Shown in pieces: positions 13,703 to 27,843 of a DNA stretch of 64,000 bases (positions within the stretch are counted from its first letter, which is position 1; each line of letters starts with the position of its first letter). Both the position numbers and the translations under genes were made by a program. Source of the DNA: the human T2T-CHM13v2.0 reference genome, Homo sapiens. Location: the NCBI RefSeq assembly GCF_009914755.1, contig NC_060942.1; one strand, given 5' to 3'. A model generated the notes under the pieces. It searched no databases, was not told the DNA's origin, and saw only the letters and a list, made by a program, of their open reading frames with translations.

Positions 13703-14604
13703 AACATCTTTGTTTTCATTCTTCATCCAGATTTCAACCCCTGAGAAGGTGCTTGAACTTTATCCAATATCAATTGATACAGCAGATTTCATGAGAAACA
13801 TGGTCCTGAATGTTACTCAAATATTGGTTTAGTATACATTGAATAGTATACTCTTTCTATGATATCAGAAAGGCAATTACTTTTTATATGTATGGTTTGT
13901 CTTTAAACACAGTGGCACTTGAAATTTTTAAACAATAATTGCCAAGATTAATCATTAGTATTTCATGATATACATTGTTTTATCATGTTTAATTGTTTTA
14001 TATTTATATATTTTACCTATTGAACAAAAAGCCATGAATTTGTGGGCTCTTTGATTTACCCATTTATCAATATGTATTAAATACCTAGTACCTTGAGATT
14101 CTATCTCCTTTTCCTTTTATTTATGGATATTTGATTTCAAAGTAGTAACAAAGATTTTATTGCACAAAAATCCTCTATAAACATTAATGTAAACACATGA
14201 GGAATTAAAGATACTACTTTCTTTAGAAAGTGATCTTCATTTTTATTAGCATTCTAAATTGTTTTGATAAACCAGTCTTATTTTTTAATACTAGTAAATT
14301 TTTTACTATCAAGGAATATGTTAAGCACATCTTAAATCTAACTAATTTTTTTCTGAGTTTAAATTTTAAAAACCAAGCATAATCTAGCACACTCTAGCAC
14401 AAAACTATATAAAGTATTTAGAATATTTTGTGCCAAGAGCCAATATGTGCTGCATGAAAACTGGAAAGACGTTCGTTAATATTATTAAGATATATATATA
14501 AACTGAAACTTGATGGTAAGAGCATGAAAACATACATGTTAAAGTAAAAAATAAATACCATGGAAGATATATATTCCATGGAATAATAAAAATAATAATA
14601 AATT

Positions 14605-14800
14605 ATTGAACTTACAATATGTGCCAGGCACTCTGCTAAGTACTTCACATAAATTATCCCACTCAATATGCACATATTATTTTATAATACAGGAAACTGA
14701 GAGTCTGAGGCATTAAATAATCTAAGAATACCTAGCTTATAATAATTGGAACTCAGCATTGATTCTAAAGCCTGGGTTCTTAACCACTCTGTGATACTAC
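14605..14800 (-). mobile_element. MIR
   Basis: TGTGCCAGGCACTCTGCTAAG...ACAGGAAACTGAGAGT...TCTAAAGCCTGGGTTCTTAACCACT. Confidence 0.75.
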
Positions 14801-14866
14801 TTTTATTATGAAAAAGGTGGCATGCGTAATTCTATGGAGAAAAAATAAGAAAGAGAGCCTGTAATT

Positions 14867-15429
14867 CTTTTTTCTTTCTTTTTTTTTTTAAATTGAGTCA
14901 GGGTCTCGCTATGTTGCCTGGACTGGTCTAGAATTCCTGACTCCTGGTGATATGGTTTGGTTGTGTCCCCACCCAAATCTCATCTTGAATTGTAGCTGCC
15001 ATAATTCCCACATGTTGCAGGAGGGACCTAGTGGGAGGTAATTGAATCATGAGGGTGGGTTCCCCCATACTGTTCTTGTGGTAGTGAATAAGCCTCATGA
15101 GTTCTGATGGTTTTATAAGGGGTTGCCCCTTTCACTTGGCTCTCATTCTCTCTTGCCTGCCACCATGTAAGATGTGCCTTTTGCCTTCCGCCATGATTGT
15201 GAGGCCTCCCCAGTCTTGTGGAACTGTGAATCCATTAAACCTCTTTTTCTTTATAAATTACCCAGTCTCGGGTATGTCTCAGTATATCTTTATAAATTAC
15301 CCATGTCTCGGGTATGTCTCGGGTATATCAGCAGTGTGAAAATGGACTAATACACCTGGCCTCAAGTGATCCTTCTGCCTCAGCCTCCCAAACTGCTGGG
15401 GTTACAGGTACGAGTCACCATGCCCAGCC
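14867..15429 (-). mobile_element. FLAM/AluJ left monomer split by the THE1 LTR
   Basis: Poly-T, then GGGTCTCGCTATGTTGCC...CTCCTGG | LTR | CCTGGCCTCAAGTGATCCTTCTGCCTCAGCC...CCATGCCCAGCC. Confidence 0.88.
14948..15354 (+). mobile_element. Solo THE1 (THE1C/D-like) LTR nested in a FLAM/Alu monomer
   Basis: TGATATGGTTTGG...GGACTAATACA termini. TSD CCTGG at 14943-14947 and 15355-15359. Confidence 0.94.
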
Positions 15430-16614
15430 TATAATTATTAATATGCCCAAAATTATTTATGTAACTCAGAAGGTTCAATTTACAATTGAGCAGAAAATGT
15501 GTCCTCTCCTCTTTATGTCCTTTGTCTAGCATTCACATATGTCCAAAAAAAATCCCTCAGGAGTCTTACTTGTATTCAAAAGTCCAACTCAATTTGTTTT
15601 CACTTTATCCCTGGAAATGAAACTCAAATGCAACCCTTCAGCCTGGTGAACTCCTGAACCATTGCCAGGTCTGGTTACCCTAGAATGTGCTCCCACTGAC
15701 TTTCTTTCTCTGCCACCAAAGATGGAGGTCTGTGTCATAGCTGAATACATACAATGCATAAACACTAGGGTTTTGCTGCTGCTTTCATGTTGGAATATCA
15801 TGATTGCTGTTTTTTCTCAGACACTGGGACTTCTGCTCTGGTAGCCTCCATTACTGGTGGTGCAGACTTCTGCACAGCTGAGTGTTTTCTTTGAGGTGAT
15901 ATTAAGGATGATTCCCACTTCTGTAGTATGCTCATTCAGTCATGCAGTACTCACTATAAAATTGGCTCTGGCACCCAGTAGTATAGTTCCTTAGATTCAC
16001 CAGATGAATCTTCCCCAGGGCATAAGCCTCCTACCATGTAAGGACACCCTATAAGAACAGGCTTGGTTTAGGGCTTCACACAGCTAGATCTACCCTTTGA
16101 TCTCTTTATCTTTATCCATGCTGCAAATAATTGAATCCAATTAGAGTGAATTGGCTGATAATGGGGAAGTGAAATAATTACTGGAGAAAAATTACAATAT
16201 CACACTGGAGTTCGTGATGATATAGAGAAACAATGCTGCTTATCAGTCTGTTTAAATAAAAGTTTTAGGAAAAGAGAGTCCCAAATCAAAGGAAAAAAAA
16301 ATTATATATGTGGTCTTATGGGCAAAGAGAAAGAAATTAAAACAGAAGAGTGATTATACTCTCTAAAATAAAATTCTGACATGAAGAATTAGTTCCAATA
16401 TAAGGGAAACAAGCGTGCATGTCTAAGGAAACCAGAGATATTGCATTTGGAGCATTAAGATGAACTCATATTAAATAGATAGAAACAACGATGAAAATGT
16501 TGCAAAAACGTCAAAGTAAAATAAAAAGTTTTGGTGAACTTATAGGAAGAATTTCAACAAGACTGAACCTCTAAATGACGTGAAGCTTAGGGGAGAAAAG
16601 GACAAGAAAAATAT

Positions 16615-17025
16615 ACACAGCTTTAAAAAAATCATTGAGACATATTTTACATATGGTACAGTGTACAAGATTTAAGTGTGCAGCTTGAATTGTACATACA
16701 TCTATATGCATGTAAACAAACCCAAATGGAGACATAAAACTTTTTAAACACCCAAGTGACTCTCTCATACTTGCTCTATAAGTCAGCAGTCCTCCAAAGG
16801 AAATTGTTATTCTGACTTTCATCACTGTATGTTAGTTTGGCTTGTTTTTTGAAATTTTAGGTAAATGAAATTATATAGCATGTATTCTTTGGAATTTTGT
16901 TTGACCTAACAATATTATAAGAGTTACCCATTTTGTTGAGTTTTAGCAATGGTTATTTTCCATTGCTGTGAAGTTTTTTTTTTTTTAATGAATATACCTC
17001 AACTTATTCATCCATTCTGCTTAAG
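16615..17025 (-). mobile_element. Ancient L1M 3'-end fragment
   Basis: TTAAGTGTGCAGCTTGA, TTCTGACTTTCATCACT, AATGAAATTATATAGCATGTATTCTTT, TTATTCATCCATTC. Confidence 0.7.
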
Positions 17026-17029
17026 CTGA

Positions 17030-18520
17030 AGACCTATTAACTAAAAGGACAAGCCATCTGCCCTATTCTTCCTATTCTCCTCTGACACCCAACAAACAGT
17101 ACAGGGTGATCATAGTTAATGCTCTTATATGGAAGAGGGGGGAATGGGAGGCATATAGCAGTCTTTGGGTCAGAATAATTCTGAAATCTTGAGGTACACA
17201 TGTTGTAGGAGCCCTCTATTCTCAGGGTGAAAATTGTTCCTTGATTAGACCTTAGTTTTTGTTTTGGAGAGTAGCTTCCTGGTCCATTGTTTTGTATAAC
17301 ACTTCATTCTGCCCTCTGGGAGGTCCTTCCTTTCCCCTCTTAGCCACATCTGAATAGGCCACAGCTATGAGTAATAAGCAGCTTTCTCAGCTTGTTTTGT
17401 TCCCAGAGAAGACTGGGGACCTGAGGTTAGTTTAAGGCTCAAACAATTACTGTCAATTTTTATCCAAGATGGTATTCCTTTGGCAGTAACACTCTTTGAA
17501 AACAATAACTTTTAATTTATTTGAATTTGTTCCATGTGCCAATACCCACACCAACAGTTCTTTTCAAGAGATGGCTCTTTCTAGACTTAATTATAAGCTT
17601 AGTAGTCCATTGGAGAGTCAATTCTTTAGTCTCTTTGTTCTGAGACATTTTCTTCAACTAAAAACATTAGCTGGGTGCTATCTGAATCAATATAAAGTTT
17701 TTAACAAAAGGCCTGGCAGCCACACCCAAACTTGCTAGACATCAGAAAAAGTCGAATCTTCTAACATGCAAAGTTCTAGAATTTGTGGCCTGTTCATGTT
17801 TTCTTTCATCCTCATATTCAATGTGGCAAATTCTTTCTAAAGGTCATCTTTTTCTTGTAGAGTATTTCAAATGATTATTTCAAATGACCAAAGCACACAA
17901 CCAGTATTATTTCCCCTACCCATTCTTAAAGCACAGGTTCTTTCACTACATTATCTGCTTCCTAAGTTATGCCAGTGGATTGTTTTACCAAAGGTATTTT
18001 CTCTGCATACTGTGAGTTGACGTATTTCCAGCCTCTAAACACAGTTTTCTTGCCACCTACTGCCAGATCTTGCAACCAAAGTCACGAAATTTAAACTTCT
18101 TCTTATGGAAGCACCCCACTCCTAGGTACCAATTTTCATATCAAAAATAATAGGCAATGCTGTGTTATAGTAATCTGTAAGTTTAAATCTCAGTGGCTTA
18201 CAAAAATGAAATTACAAGTTTCACTCATAGTATATATCCACTGTAAATTAGTCTGCTCCATGTGTTCTTCATCCTGGTACCCAGGCCAGCCAAGAAGCTT
18301 CTATCTGAGACATTGATAATCTTGTAAGGAGAAAATGTTTAAAGGCAGACTTGAATTTTGACACTTCAAGCTATTCTCTGAAAGTGGCACATGGCACATT
18401 CGTTCATACTTTACTGGCCGAAGCAACTCATATGGTAACACTTGATATTAAATGGGTGAAGATAAATACTCCTTTCATGGGGAAGAATAATGAATACTTT
18501 GAACAAAAAAAGTACAATCT
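17030..18520 (-). mobile_element. Old MLT1-int plus adjoining MLT1 LTR remnant
   Basis: The internal region ends GCACCCCACTCCTAGGTACCAATTTTC (18111-18137), homologous to the MST-int boundary at 8655-8677. An LTR-like AAATCTCAGTGGCTTACAA...TCTGCTCCATGTG follows. Confidence 0.65.
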
Positions 18521-19614
18521 ACTGTAATAAGGTGCAACTTTCTGGCAGCTAGAGATGAATAGCAGTATAGTGAGCAATAAAAATATCTCAATAGAAGCTG
18601 GAAAATCTTCACTATTATAATAAATATAGCTACTATTCATTAAATATGTAATAAGATTCTAGATTCCTGCCTTCATTTAATCCTCATAAAACATAAACAA
18701 TGATGGGAACGTTGTTTAAAAAAGGCACTTTACTCAAGATAAGTGGCAAAGCTGGAATTAATAGCCAGGTCTGAACTGAAAGATTATATGCTTTCCCCGC
18801 TTTCCCCATTGCAAAACAAAATGGTAGCTACAAAATTGTTTAACATAGTGAATGAAGCATTGGATTGATATCCTCTATCATTGGCTTCACTACTGAAATT
18901 TTTTATTGTGGACTTTTTAAATAAAAATTGTGATTAACCATTTATTGGGTTAGGATTTAGCAAATGTATATTTGGAAAGCAATATGAATTGTTAAATACT
19001 TAGATACTTCTGGCTAGCTAAATAACATTGTCCAAAACCCCCCAGTATCAATTTCAGACATGGTTGTGGTCCCCCAGCACCACATTTTGATTCAGCAATT
19101 AATGGTTTATTTCTGTCCCATTAGGGTTTACTCAGGATCCTGCTCAAATGTAAGCTTTCGGTAATTGGTCAATTCTTGCCCCTTACTGGCTGTTAAATAT
19201 TATGAATGTCAAACTACTCAATAACTCTCATTGTTGAGTAATTAATAGGTTAAGTGGAGATTATGAATTTTCTGAAAGGAAAAATTAGTCATTTGGGACT
19301 GGAACTGTTCTTTAAAAAATTAAGATTGTTAACTATTACATGTGAAATATAAAAGGGTCATATTTTTAAAAGGCTTAATTGTAAAAATGCATAATTTAAA
19401 TTCTTTGGTTGCAATTAATCAGATTAATAACTAAATACATACTTCAAAAATTGAAGATAAAATGAGAACTCTGTTAAACCAGTTCATGTTAATCTTTTTC
19501 ACAGGCTATTTCATGTGATCATTGATATTAAATAAGGTGAACTTTAAATATTATGTCACTAATTGGTATTAAATAGGACTCAGTATCATTAACTCAAAAT
19601 ATATTCATGTTGGA

Positions 19615-22600
19615 TACAGAAGGCCAGAGAAAGATGGTAGAATAGAATCTTTCACTGATCATCCCCACCATGGGAACACCAAATTCAACAACTGTCTATA
19701 CAAAAAAGCACCTTCATGAGAACCAAAAATCAGGTGACCTATTACAGTACCTGACTTTAACATCATATCACTGAAAGAGGCACTGAAGAGGGTAGGAAAG
19801 ACAGTTTTGTATCACTGACAAAATCCCCCATCCCCTGGCAGCAGCTGCATGTCACAGAGAATCTATGCATTTGTTAGAGAGAGAGAGCACTGCAATTATA
19901 GCACGCTGCTTTGAACTTAGCGCTGTCCTGTCACAGCAGAAAGTAAAACTGCTGAACTCAGCCAATGCCTGCCCACGGAGGGAACAATTGGAACAGCCCT
20001 AGCCAGAGGGGAATAGCCCATCCCAGCAGGTGGAACTTGAGTTTTGGGGAGCCTTGGCCACCACAGGCTAAACTGCTCTGGAGCTGCATATAAACTTGAA
20101 AAGCAGTCTAGGCCACAAGAACTACAATTCATAGGCAACTTCTAGCACTGAGCTGAGCTCAGAGCCAGTGGACAAGGGGACATGAGACCTACAGAGACAC
20201 CAGTGAGGGCAGCCAAGGGAGTGGTTGCACCCTTCCACAAGCCCAGGCAGCATTCCTTCATTTTGCTTGAGAAGAGGAGAGGAAATAGTAAAGAAGATTT
20301 TTTCTTGCATCTTGGATACCAATTTAGCTACAGTAGAAGAGGCATAAGGCAGAGTTACGAGGTCCCTATTCCAGGTCCTAGCTCCTAGACAACATATCTA
20401 GACACATCCTGGTCCAGAAGGAAACCTACTTCCTTGAAATGAAAAACCCAGGCCTGGCAGGATTCATCACCTGCTGATTAAGAGCCCTTGGGCCCTAAAT
20501 AACAAACAGTGATACTCAGGCCCTTGGGCCCTAAATAACAAACAGCAATACCCAGGTAGTACACTGTAGACCTTGGATGAGACTCTGAAATGGACCAGCT
20601 TCAGATGAGTCCCAGCATATTCACAGCTGTGGGGTCTGCGAGGAGAGACTCCTTCTGCTTGAGAAAAGCAAAAGGAAAAGTAAAGGGGTCTTTGTCTAGC
20701 ATCTTGGATACCAGCTCAGCCACAGTAGGATAGGGTGCCAGACAGACTTATAAGGCCCAGATTCCAGGGCTTAGTTCATGCATAACATATCTAGACATAC
20801 CATGGGCTAGAAGGGAACCTACTGCCTTAAAGGAAGGGTGCAATCCTGGCAAGATTCATCACCTGCTGACTGAAGAGCTCTTGTACCCTGAAGAGCAAGC
20901 AGCAATACTTGCAGATAGTAAGCCATGGGCTTTCAGTGAGATTTTGAGACATGCTGGCTTCAGGTATGAGCTCAGCCATAGTGGAATAGAGCACCGTATG
21001 AGCTCTTAGGGTCTTTAATTTTAGGCCTTGGCTCTTAGATGACATTTATGGACCTGCCCTGGGCCAGAGGGGAGCCCACTGCCATGAACGGTGAATCCAA
21101 GGCCTGGAAGCATTCACCACAAACTGAGTGAAGAATCTTTGGGCATTAAGTGAACATTGGCAGTAGCCTGGCAGTACCCCCTAACCATGATCTGTGATAG
21201 TGGTGGCCATGGGTAAAGTCTCCTCTGACTGTGAAAAGGGGAGGGAAAAGCAGGAAGGACTTTGTATTGTGGTTTGCGTGCCAGCTTAGCTACAATAGAA
21301 TAGAGTACCAGGTAGAGTCCTAAGGTGTTAGACTCCAGTCCCTGGCTCCCAAATAGCATCTCTGTGCACATGTGGGGCCTGGGGGAACTTGTCACTCTGA
21401 AAGAGAGGACATAAGACTGGCTGGTTTTGCCACTTGCTGATTGTAGAGTCCTAGATCTTTGAGCAAACATAGGCAGTAGCCAGATAGTGGTTACAGGGGG
21501 CCTTGGGCCATATTCAGTTCTGTACTAGCTTTAAGACTGATCTAGCATAGTCCAAGTGGTGCTGGCTACAGGGGTGCATGTGTCCAACCACCCCAAGTTC
21601 GAGGTGGCTCAGCACAGAGTTTGGGAGAAAGTCAGGGAAGAGAACAATAATCTCTGGTAATAATCTGGTAATCCGTATAATTTTTCCAGATATTATCTAA
21701 GGCCACCATGGCAGTACCTCCATGTGTCTGGAAAAAAATCACAGCATTACTGGGCTTGCAGTGCCCCTAATGCATATACAACTTATACCACAATGCCCAA
21801 GACCCTTTGAATACTTGGAAAGCCTTTCCAAGAAGGACGGGTATAAGCAAGCCCAGACTGGGAAGACTACAATAAATACCTAACACTTCAATGCTCAGAC
21901 TCTGATCAACATCCACAAGCATCAAGACCGCTTAGAAAACAAGACCTTACCAAATGAACTAAATAAGGAACCAGAGGCTGATCGTGGAGAAGCAGAGATA
22001 TGTGACCTTTCAGATAAAGAATTCAAAATAGCTGTTTCAAGGAAACTCAAAGAAATTTCAGATAATACAGAGGAGGAATTCAAAATTCTATCAGATAAAT
22101 TTAACAAAGAGATTGAAATAATTAAAGAGAATCAAGCAGAAATTCTGAACCTGAAGAATGAATCAGAGTCTCCCATCAGCAGAATTGATCAAGCAGAAGG
22201 TAGTATTAGTGAGCTTGAAGACAGGCTGCTTGAAAATACACAGTCACAAGAGACAAAAGATAAAGAATAAAACATACCTACAAGATCTAGAAAATAACTT
22301 CAAAAGGGAAAATCTAAGTTATTGACCTTAAAAAGGAAATAGAGAAAGAGATAGTGGTAGGAAATTTACTCAAAGGGATAACAGATAACTTCCCAATCCT
22401 AAAGAAAGATATAAATATTTAAGTACAAGTAGTTTATGGAACAACAAGCAGGTTTAACCCAAAGAATACTTAAAGGCTTTTAATAACCAAACTCTTAAAG
22501 GTCAAGAATAAAGAAAGGAAAAGCAGCAAGAGAAAGGAAGCAAGTGCCATACAATGGAGCTCCAATATATCTGGCAGCACACTTTTCAGAGCAAACCTTA

Positions 22601-25600
22601 AAGGCCATGAGAGAGTGGTATGACAACTTAAAGTGCTGGAGGAAAAAAAAAATTTACCCTAGAATAATATATCCAGTGAAAATATCCTTCAAACACGAGG
22701 GAATGTTTGAATTCCCTTGTTTGGGAGCTGATGGATTTCATCAACAAGAGCTGATGGATTTCATCAACACTAGCTGCATCTTATAAGAAATGCTAAAGGG
22801 AGTTATTCAATCGGAAGGAAAGGAATGTTAACGAGCAATAAGAAATCATCTCAGGGTACAAAACTCACTGGTAATAGTAAGTACGTGGAAAGACATAGAC
22901 TATTACAACACTGTAATTGTGGTGGGTAAACTACTCTTAAGTAGAATGACTAAATGATGAATCAACCAAAAATAATAACTAAAACAACTTTATAAGGCAG
23001 AGACAGTACAATAAGATATAAACAGAATAAAAGGTAAAAAGGAGGATGAAGTGAGAAGAGTTTTTATTAGTTTTCTTTTTACTTGTTTGTTTGTTTACAC
23101 AATCTATGTTCAGTTGTCATCAATTTAAAATCATGGGTTATAATGTAGTATTTACAAGCCTCATGGTAATCACCAACCAAAAAACATACAATGGATGCAT
23201 AAAAAATAAAAAGCAAGAAATTAAATTCTATATCACCAGAGAAAATCACCTCCACTAAAAGGAAGATAGGATTGAAGGAAAGGAGGAAGACAAACCACAA
23301 AACAACCAGAAAACAAGTAATAATATGGCAGGAGGAAAAGTCCTTACTTATTAATAATAACTAAATGTAAATGGACTAAATCTCCAATCAAAAGACATAG
23401 AGTGGCTGAATGAATACAAGAACAAGACCCAATAATCTGTTGCCTACAAGGAATACACATCACCTATAAAGACACACAAACTGAAAATAAAGGGATTAAA
23501 GAAGATATTTCATGCCAATGGAAATTTCAAAACAGCAGAAGTAGCTACGCTTATATCAGACAAAATATATTTCAAAGCAAAAACTATAAGAAGAGACAAA
23601 AAAGACACTACATAATGATAAAGAGGTCAATTCAGGAAAAGAATATAACAATTATAAATATATATGCACTCAGCACTGGAGCACCCATAGACATAAAGAA
23701 AATATTATTAGAGCTAAAGACAGAGATGGACCCCAATACAATAATAGTTGGAGAATTTAACACTCCACTTTCAACACTGGACAGAACTTCCTAACAAAAA
23801 ATCAACAAAGCAACAATGAACTCTATCTGCACTATAGACCAAATAGATCTAACAGATATTTACAGAACATTTCATCCAATAGCTGTAGAATACACATATT
23901 TCTTCTCAGTTCTTGGGACATTCTCAAGAATAGACCATATGCTCAGTCATGAAACAAGTCTTAAAACAGTCTTTAAAATATTGAAATAATATCAGATTTC
24001 TTCTCTGACGACAATGGAATATAACTAAAAATCAATAATAAGATGAATTTTGGAAACTATACAAACACATGGAAATTAAACTGTAAGTTTATGAATAACC
24101 AGTGGGTCAATGAAGCAATTAAGAAGGAAATTGGAAAAAAAATTTAAACAAATGATAATGAAAACACAACATTCCAAAAACTATGAGATGCAACAAAAGC
24201 AGTACTAAAAGGGAAGTTAATAGATACAAGTGCCCACATCGTAAGAGAAAAAAAACTTCAAATAACCTAATGATGCATCTTAAATAACTAGAAAAGCAAG
24301 AGCAAACCAAACCGAAATTTAGGAGAAGAAAAGAAAGAATAAATATCAAAGCAGAAATAAATTAAATTGAAACAAAGAAAACAATCCAAAACATCAATGA
24401 AATGAAAAGTTGGTGTGTTGAAAAGAAAAAAAATTGGCAAACCTGTACCTACACTAAGAAAAAAAGAGAGAAGACCCAAATAAATAAAATAAGAAATGAA
24501 AAGGGGGACATTATAATAGCTAGCACAGAAATTCAAAGGATCATTAATGGCTACTAAGAACAAACATATGCCAATAAATTAGAAAACCTAGAAGAAATGG
24601 ATAATTCCTAGACACATACAACCTACCAAGATTGAAACATGAAGCAACCCAAACTCTGAACAGACCAACAACAAATAACAAGATTGAAGTTGCAATAAAA
24701 GGTCTTCCAGCATAAAAAACCCCAAGACCCAATGGCTTCACGCTGAATTTTACCAAACATTTAAAGAACTAACACCAATCCTACTGAAAATATTTCAAAA
24801 AATAGAAGAGGAAGGAGTACTTAAAAACTCACTCTACAAGGCCAAATATTACCCTGATGCCCAAACTAGACAAAGACATAAAAAAAAAAAAAAAAAAAAA
24901 AGGGAAAAAAGAAAAGAAAAAAAAGAAAGAAAGAAAAGGAAAAGAAAACTGCAGGCCAGTATCTGTGATGAATATTGTGGCAAAAGTTCTCAAAAAAATA
25001 CTAGCAAACTGAATTCAACAACACATTAAAAAGGCATTCATCATAACTAAGGGGGATTTATCCCAGGGATGCAAGGATGATTCAACATACACAAATTAAT
25101 CAATGAGATACATCATATCAACACAATGAAAGACAAAAAACATATGATCATTTCAATTGATGCTGTAAAAGCATTTGACAAAATGCGAAATCACTTCATG
25201 AAAAAACCCTAAAAAAACTGGGTATAAAAGGAATATACCTCAACATAATACAAGCCATATATGACAGACCCACAGCTAGTATCATCCTGAATTGGGAAAA
25301 ACTGAAACCCTTTTTACTAATATCTGGGACATGACAAGGATGACCACTGTCACCACTGTTATTCAACATAGTACTGGAAATCCTAGCTATAAAACTCAGA
25401 GGAGAGAAGAAATAAAGGACATCCAAACTGGAATGGAAGAAGTCAAATTATCTTTGTTTGTAGATGACATAATCTTATATTTGGAAAAACCTAAGGACTC
25501 CACCAAAAACTCTTAGAACTAATAAACAAATTCAGTAACGTTGTGGGATACAAAATCAGCATACAAAAATTAGTCACATTTCAATATGCAAGTGGCAAAC

Positions 25601-27614
25601 AATCTGAACAAGAAATCAAGAAAGTAATCCCATTTAAAATATCTGCAAATAAAATACCTGTAAATTAACCAAAGAAGTGAAAGATCTCTTCAATAAAAAC
25701 TATAAAACACTGATAAAATAAATTGAAGAAATAAAGGGCAAAGTATAAAACACTGATGAAACACTGATAAAAGAAATTGAAGAGAACACCAAAAATGGAA
25801 AGATATTCCATGTTCATGGATTGGAAGAAACAATATTGTTAAAATGCCTATAGTAAGCAAAGCAATCTACATATTTAATGCAATCCCTATCAAAATACCA
25901 ATAACATTCTTCACGTAAATAGAAAAACCTATCCTAGAATTTATATGACACCACAAAAGACCCAGAATAGCCAAACCTATGTTGAGCAAAAAGAACAAAA
26001 CTGTGGGAATCATATTACCAGACTTCAAATCATACTATAGAGTTGTAATAAGCAAAACAGCATGGTACTGGCATAGAAACAGACACATAAACCACTGGAA
26101 TGGAATAGAGAACCCAGAAACAATTCTGTACACCTACACCTACGGCAAACTCATTTTTGACAAAGGTGACAAGAATATACACTGGGGAAAAGACAATCTC
26201 TTCAATAAATGGTACTGGAAAAACTGTATATTCATATGCAGAAGAATGAAACTAGATCCCTATCTCTTTCCATGTACAACAATAAAATCAAAATGAAATA
26301 AAGACTTAAATATAAGGCTTCAAACTATAAAATTACTAAGTACAAACAATGGGGAAAGTCTCCAGGACATTGGAGTGAGCAAAGATTTCTTGAGTAATAC
26401 CCCACAAGCAAAGGCAACCAAAGCAAAAATGAACAAATAGGATCACTTCAATTTAAAAAGGCTTCTGCACAAAAAAGTAATCAATCAACAAAGTGAAGAG
26501 ACAACCCACGGAATAGGAGAAAATATTTGCAAAGGCCCTATCTGACAAGGGGTTAATAACAAGAATGTTTAAGGAGCCCAAACGACTCTATAGGAAAAAA
26601 TCTAATAATCAGATTAATAAATGAGCAAAAGGTCTGAATAGACATTTCTCAAAATAAGACAATACAAATGGCAAACAGGTTTATAAAAAGGTGTTCAAAA
26701 TCAGTGATTATCAGAGTAATGCAAATCAAAACTGTAATGAGATATCATCTCACCTCACTTAAGGTAATTTTTATTCTAAAATGGGTAATAATAAATGCTG
26801 GTGAGATGTGGAGAAAAGGGAACCCTCATACTCTGTTGGTGGGAATGTTAGTACAATCACTATGGAGAAATTTGGAGGTTCCACAAAACACTAAAAATAG
26901 AGCTACCATATGATCCAGCAATCCCGCTGCTAGGTATATGCCCACCCTCTCCCCAACAAAAAAGAAAATAGTATATTGAAGAGATGTCTACATTCCCATG
27001 TTTATTGCAATACCACTTACAGCCAAGATTTGGAAGTACCCTAAGTGTTTATCAACAGATGAATGAACAAAATGGGGTTCATATATACAATGGTACTATT
27101 CAGCCGTAAAAAAGAATGAGATTCCATCATTTGCAACCACATGGTTAGAATGTGAGATCATTATGATAAGTGAAATAAGCCAGGCACAGAAGGAAAAACT
27201 TCTCATCTTCTCACTTATTTGTGGGAACTAAATATTAGGACAATTAAACTCATAGAGACAGAATGTAGAAGGATGGTTACCAGAGGCTGGGAAGGGCAGT
27301 GGGTTTGGGGTGTTGGGGAAACAGTTAATGGGTCTAAAAAATAGTTAGAAAGAATGAATAAGATCTAGTATGTTCTAGCATAACAGGGTGACTATAGTCA
27401 ACAATAGTTTAATTGTACATTTAAAAATAACTAAGAGTATAATTTTGTTTTTAACTCAAAGGATAAATGCTTGAGGTGATGGATACCCCATGTACCCAGA
27501 TGTGATTACTACACATTGCATGCCTGTATCAAATATCCCATGTACCCCATAAATATATACACCTACTATGTACCTACAAAAATTAAAAAATAAAAAATTT
27601 AAAGTAAAAAATGA
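19615..27614 (+). mobile_element. Full-length old LINE-1 (L1MA2/L1MA3-like), heavily degraded ORFs
   Basis: ~2.2-kb 5'UTR beginning near AAGATGGTAGAATAG, with internal repeat units. ORF1 remnants at ~21870-22830 (YPRIIYPVKISFKHEG). ORF2 remnants at ~23325-27230 ([31 protein letters not shown]). L1MA-type 3'UTR and A-rich tail. Degenerate TSD AAAATATATTCATGTTGGA (19596-19614) / AAAATATATATTAAAGTTGGA (~27615-27635). Confidence 0.93.
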
Positions 27615-27679
27615 AAAATATATATTAAAGTTGGAGACTTAACACAGGAAATAGAGAAAACACTTAAATGTCGCCATGT

Positions 27680-27843
27680 CAGTAGTTCTCAACCTTGGCT
27701 ACACATTAGATTCACCTGGGGAACTTGTAGAGCCCACATCCCAGAACAATTACATCAAGATTTCTGGTGTTAGGACACAGGTACTAGTAGTTTTTAAAGC
27801 TCCCCAGGTGATGTCAATGCACAGCCAAGGTTGAGAACCACAA
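27680..27843. mobile_element. MER5A (hAT-Charlie MITE)
   Basis: TIRs CAGTAGTTCTCAACCTTGG / CCAAGGTTGAGAACCAC; AAGCTCCCCAGGTGAT core. Confidence 0.88.

Noticed and set aside
15560-16130. Higher-complexity stretch that might be a retroviral or pseudogene remnant
   Set aside because: I could not assign any motif or family by eye; a Dfam or tBLASTx search is needed.
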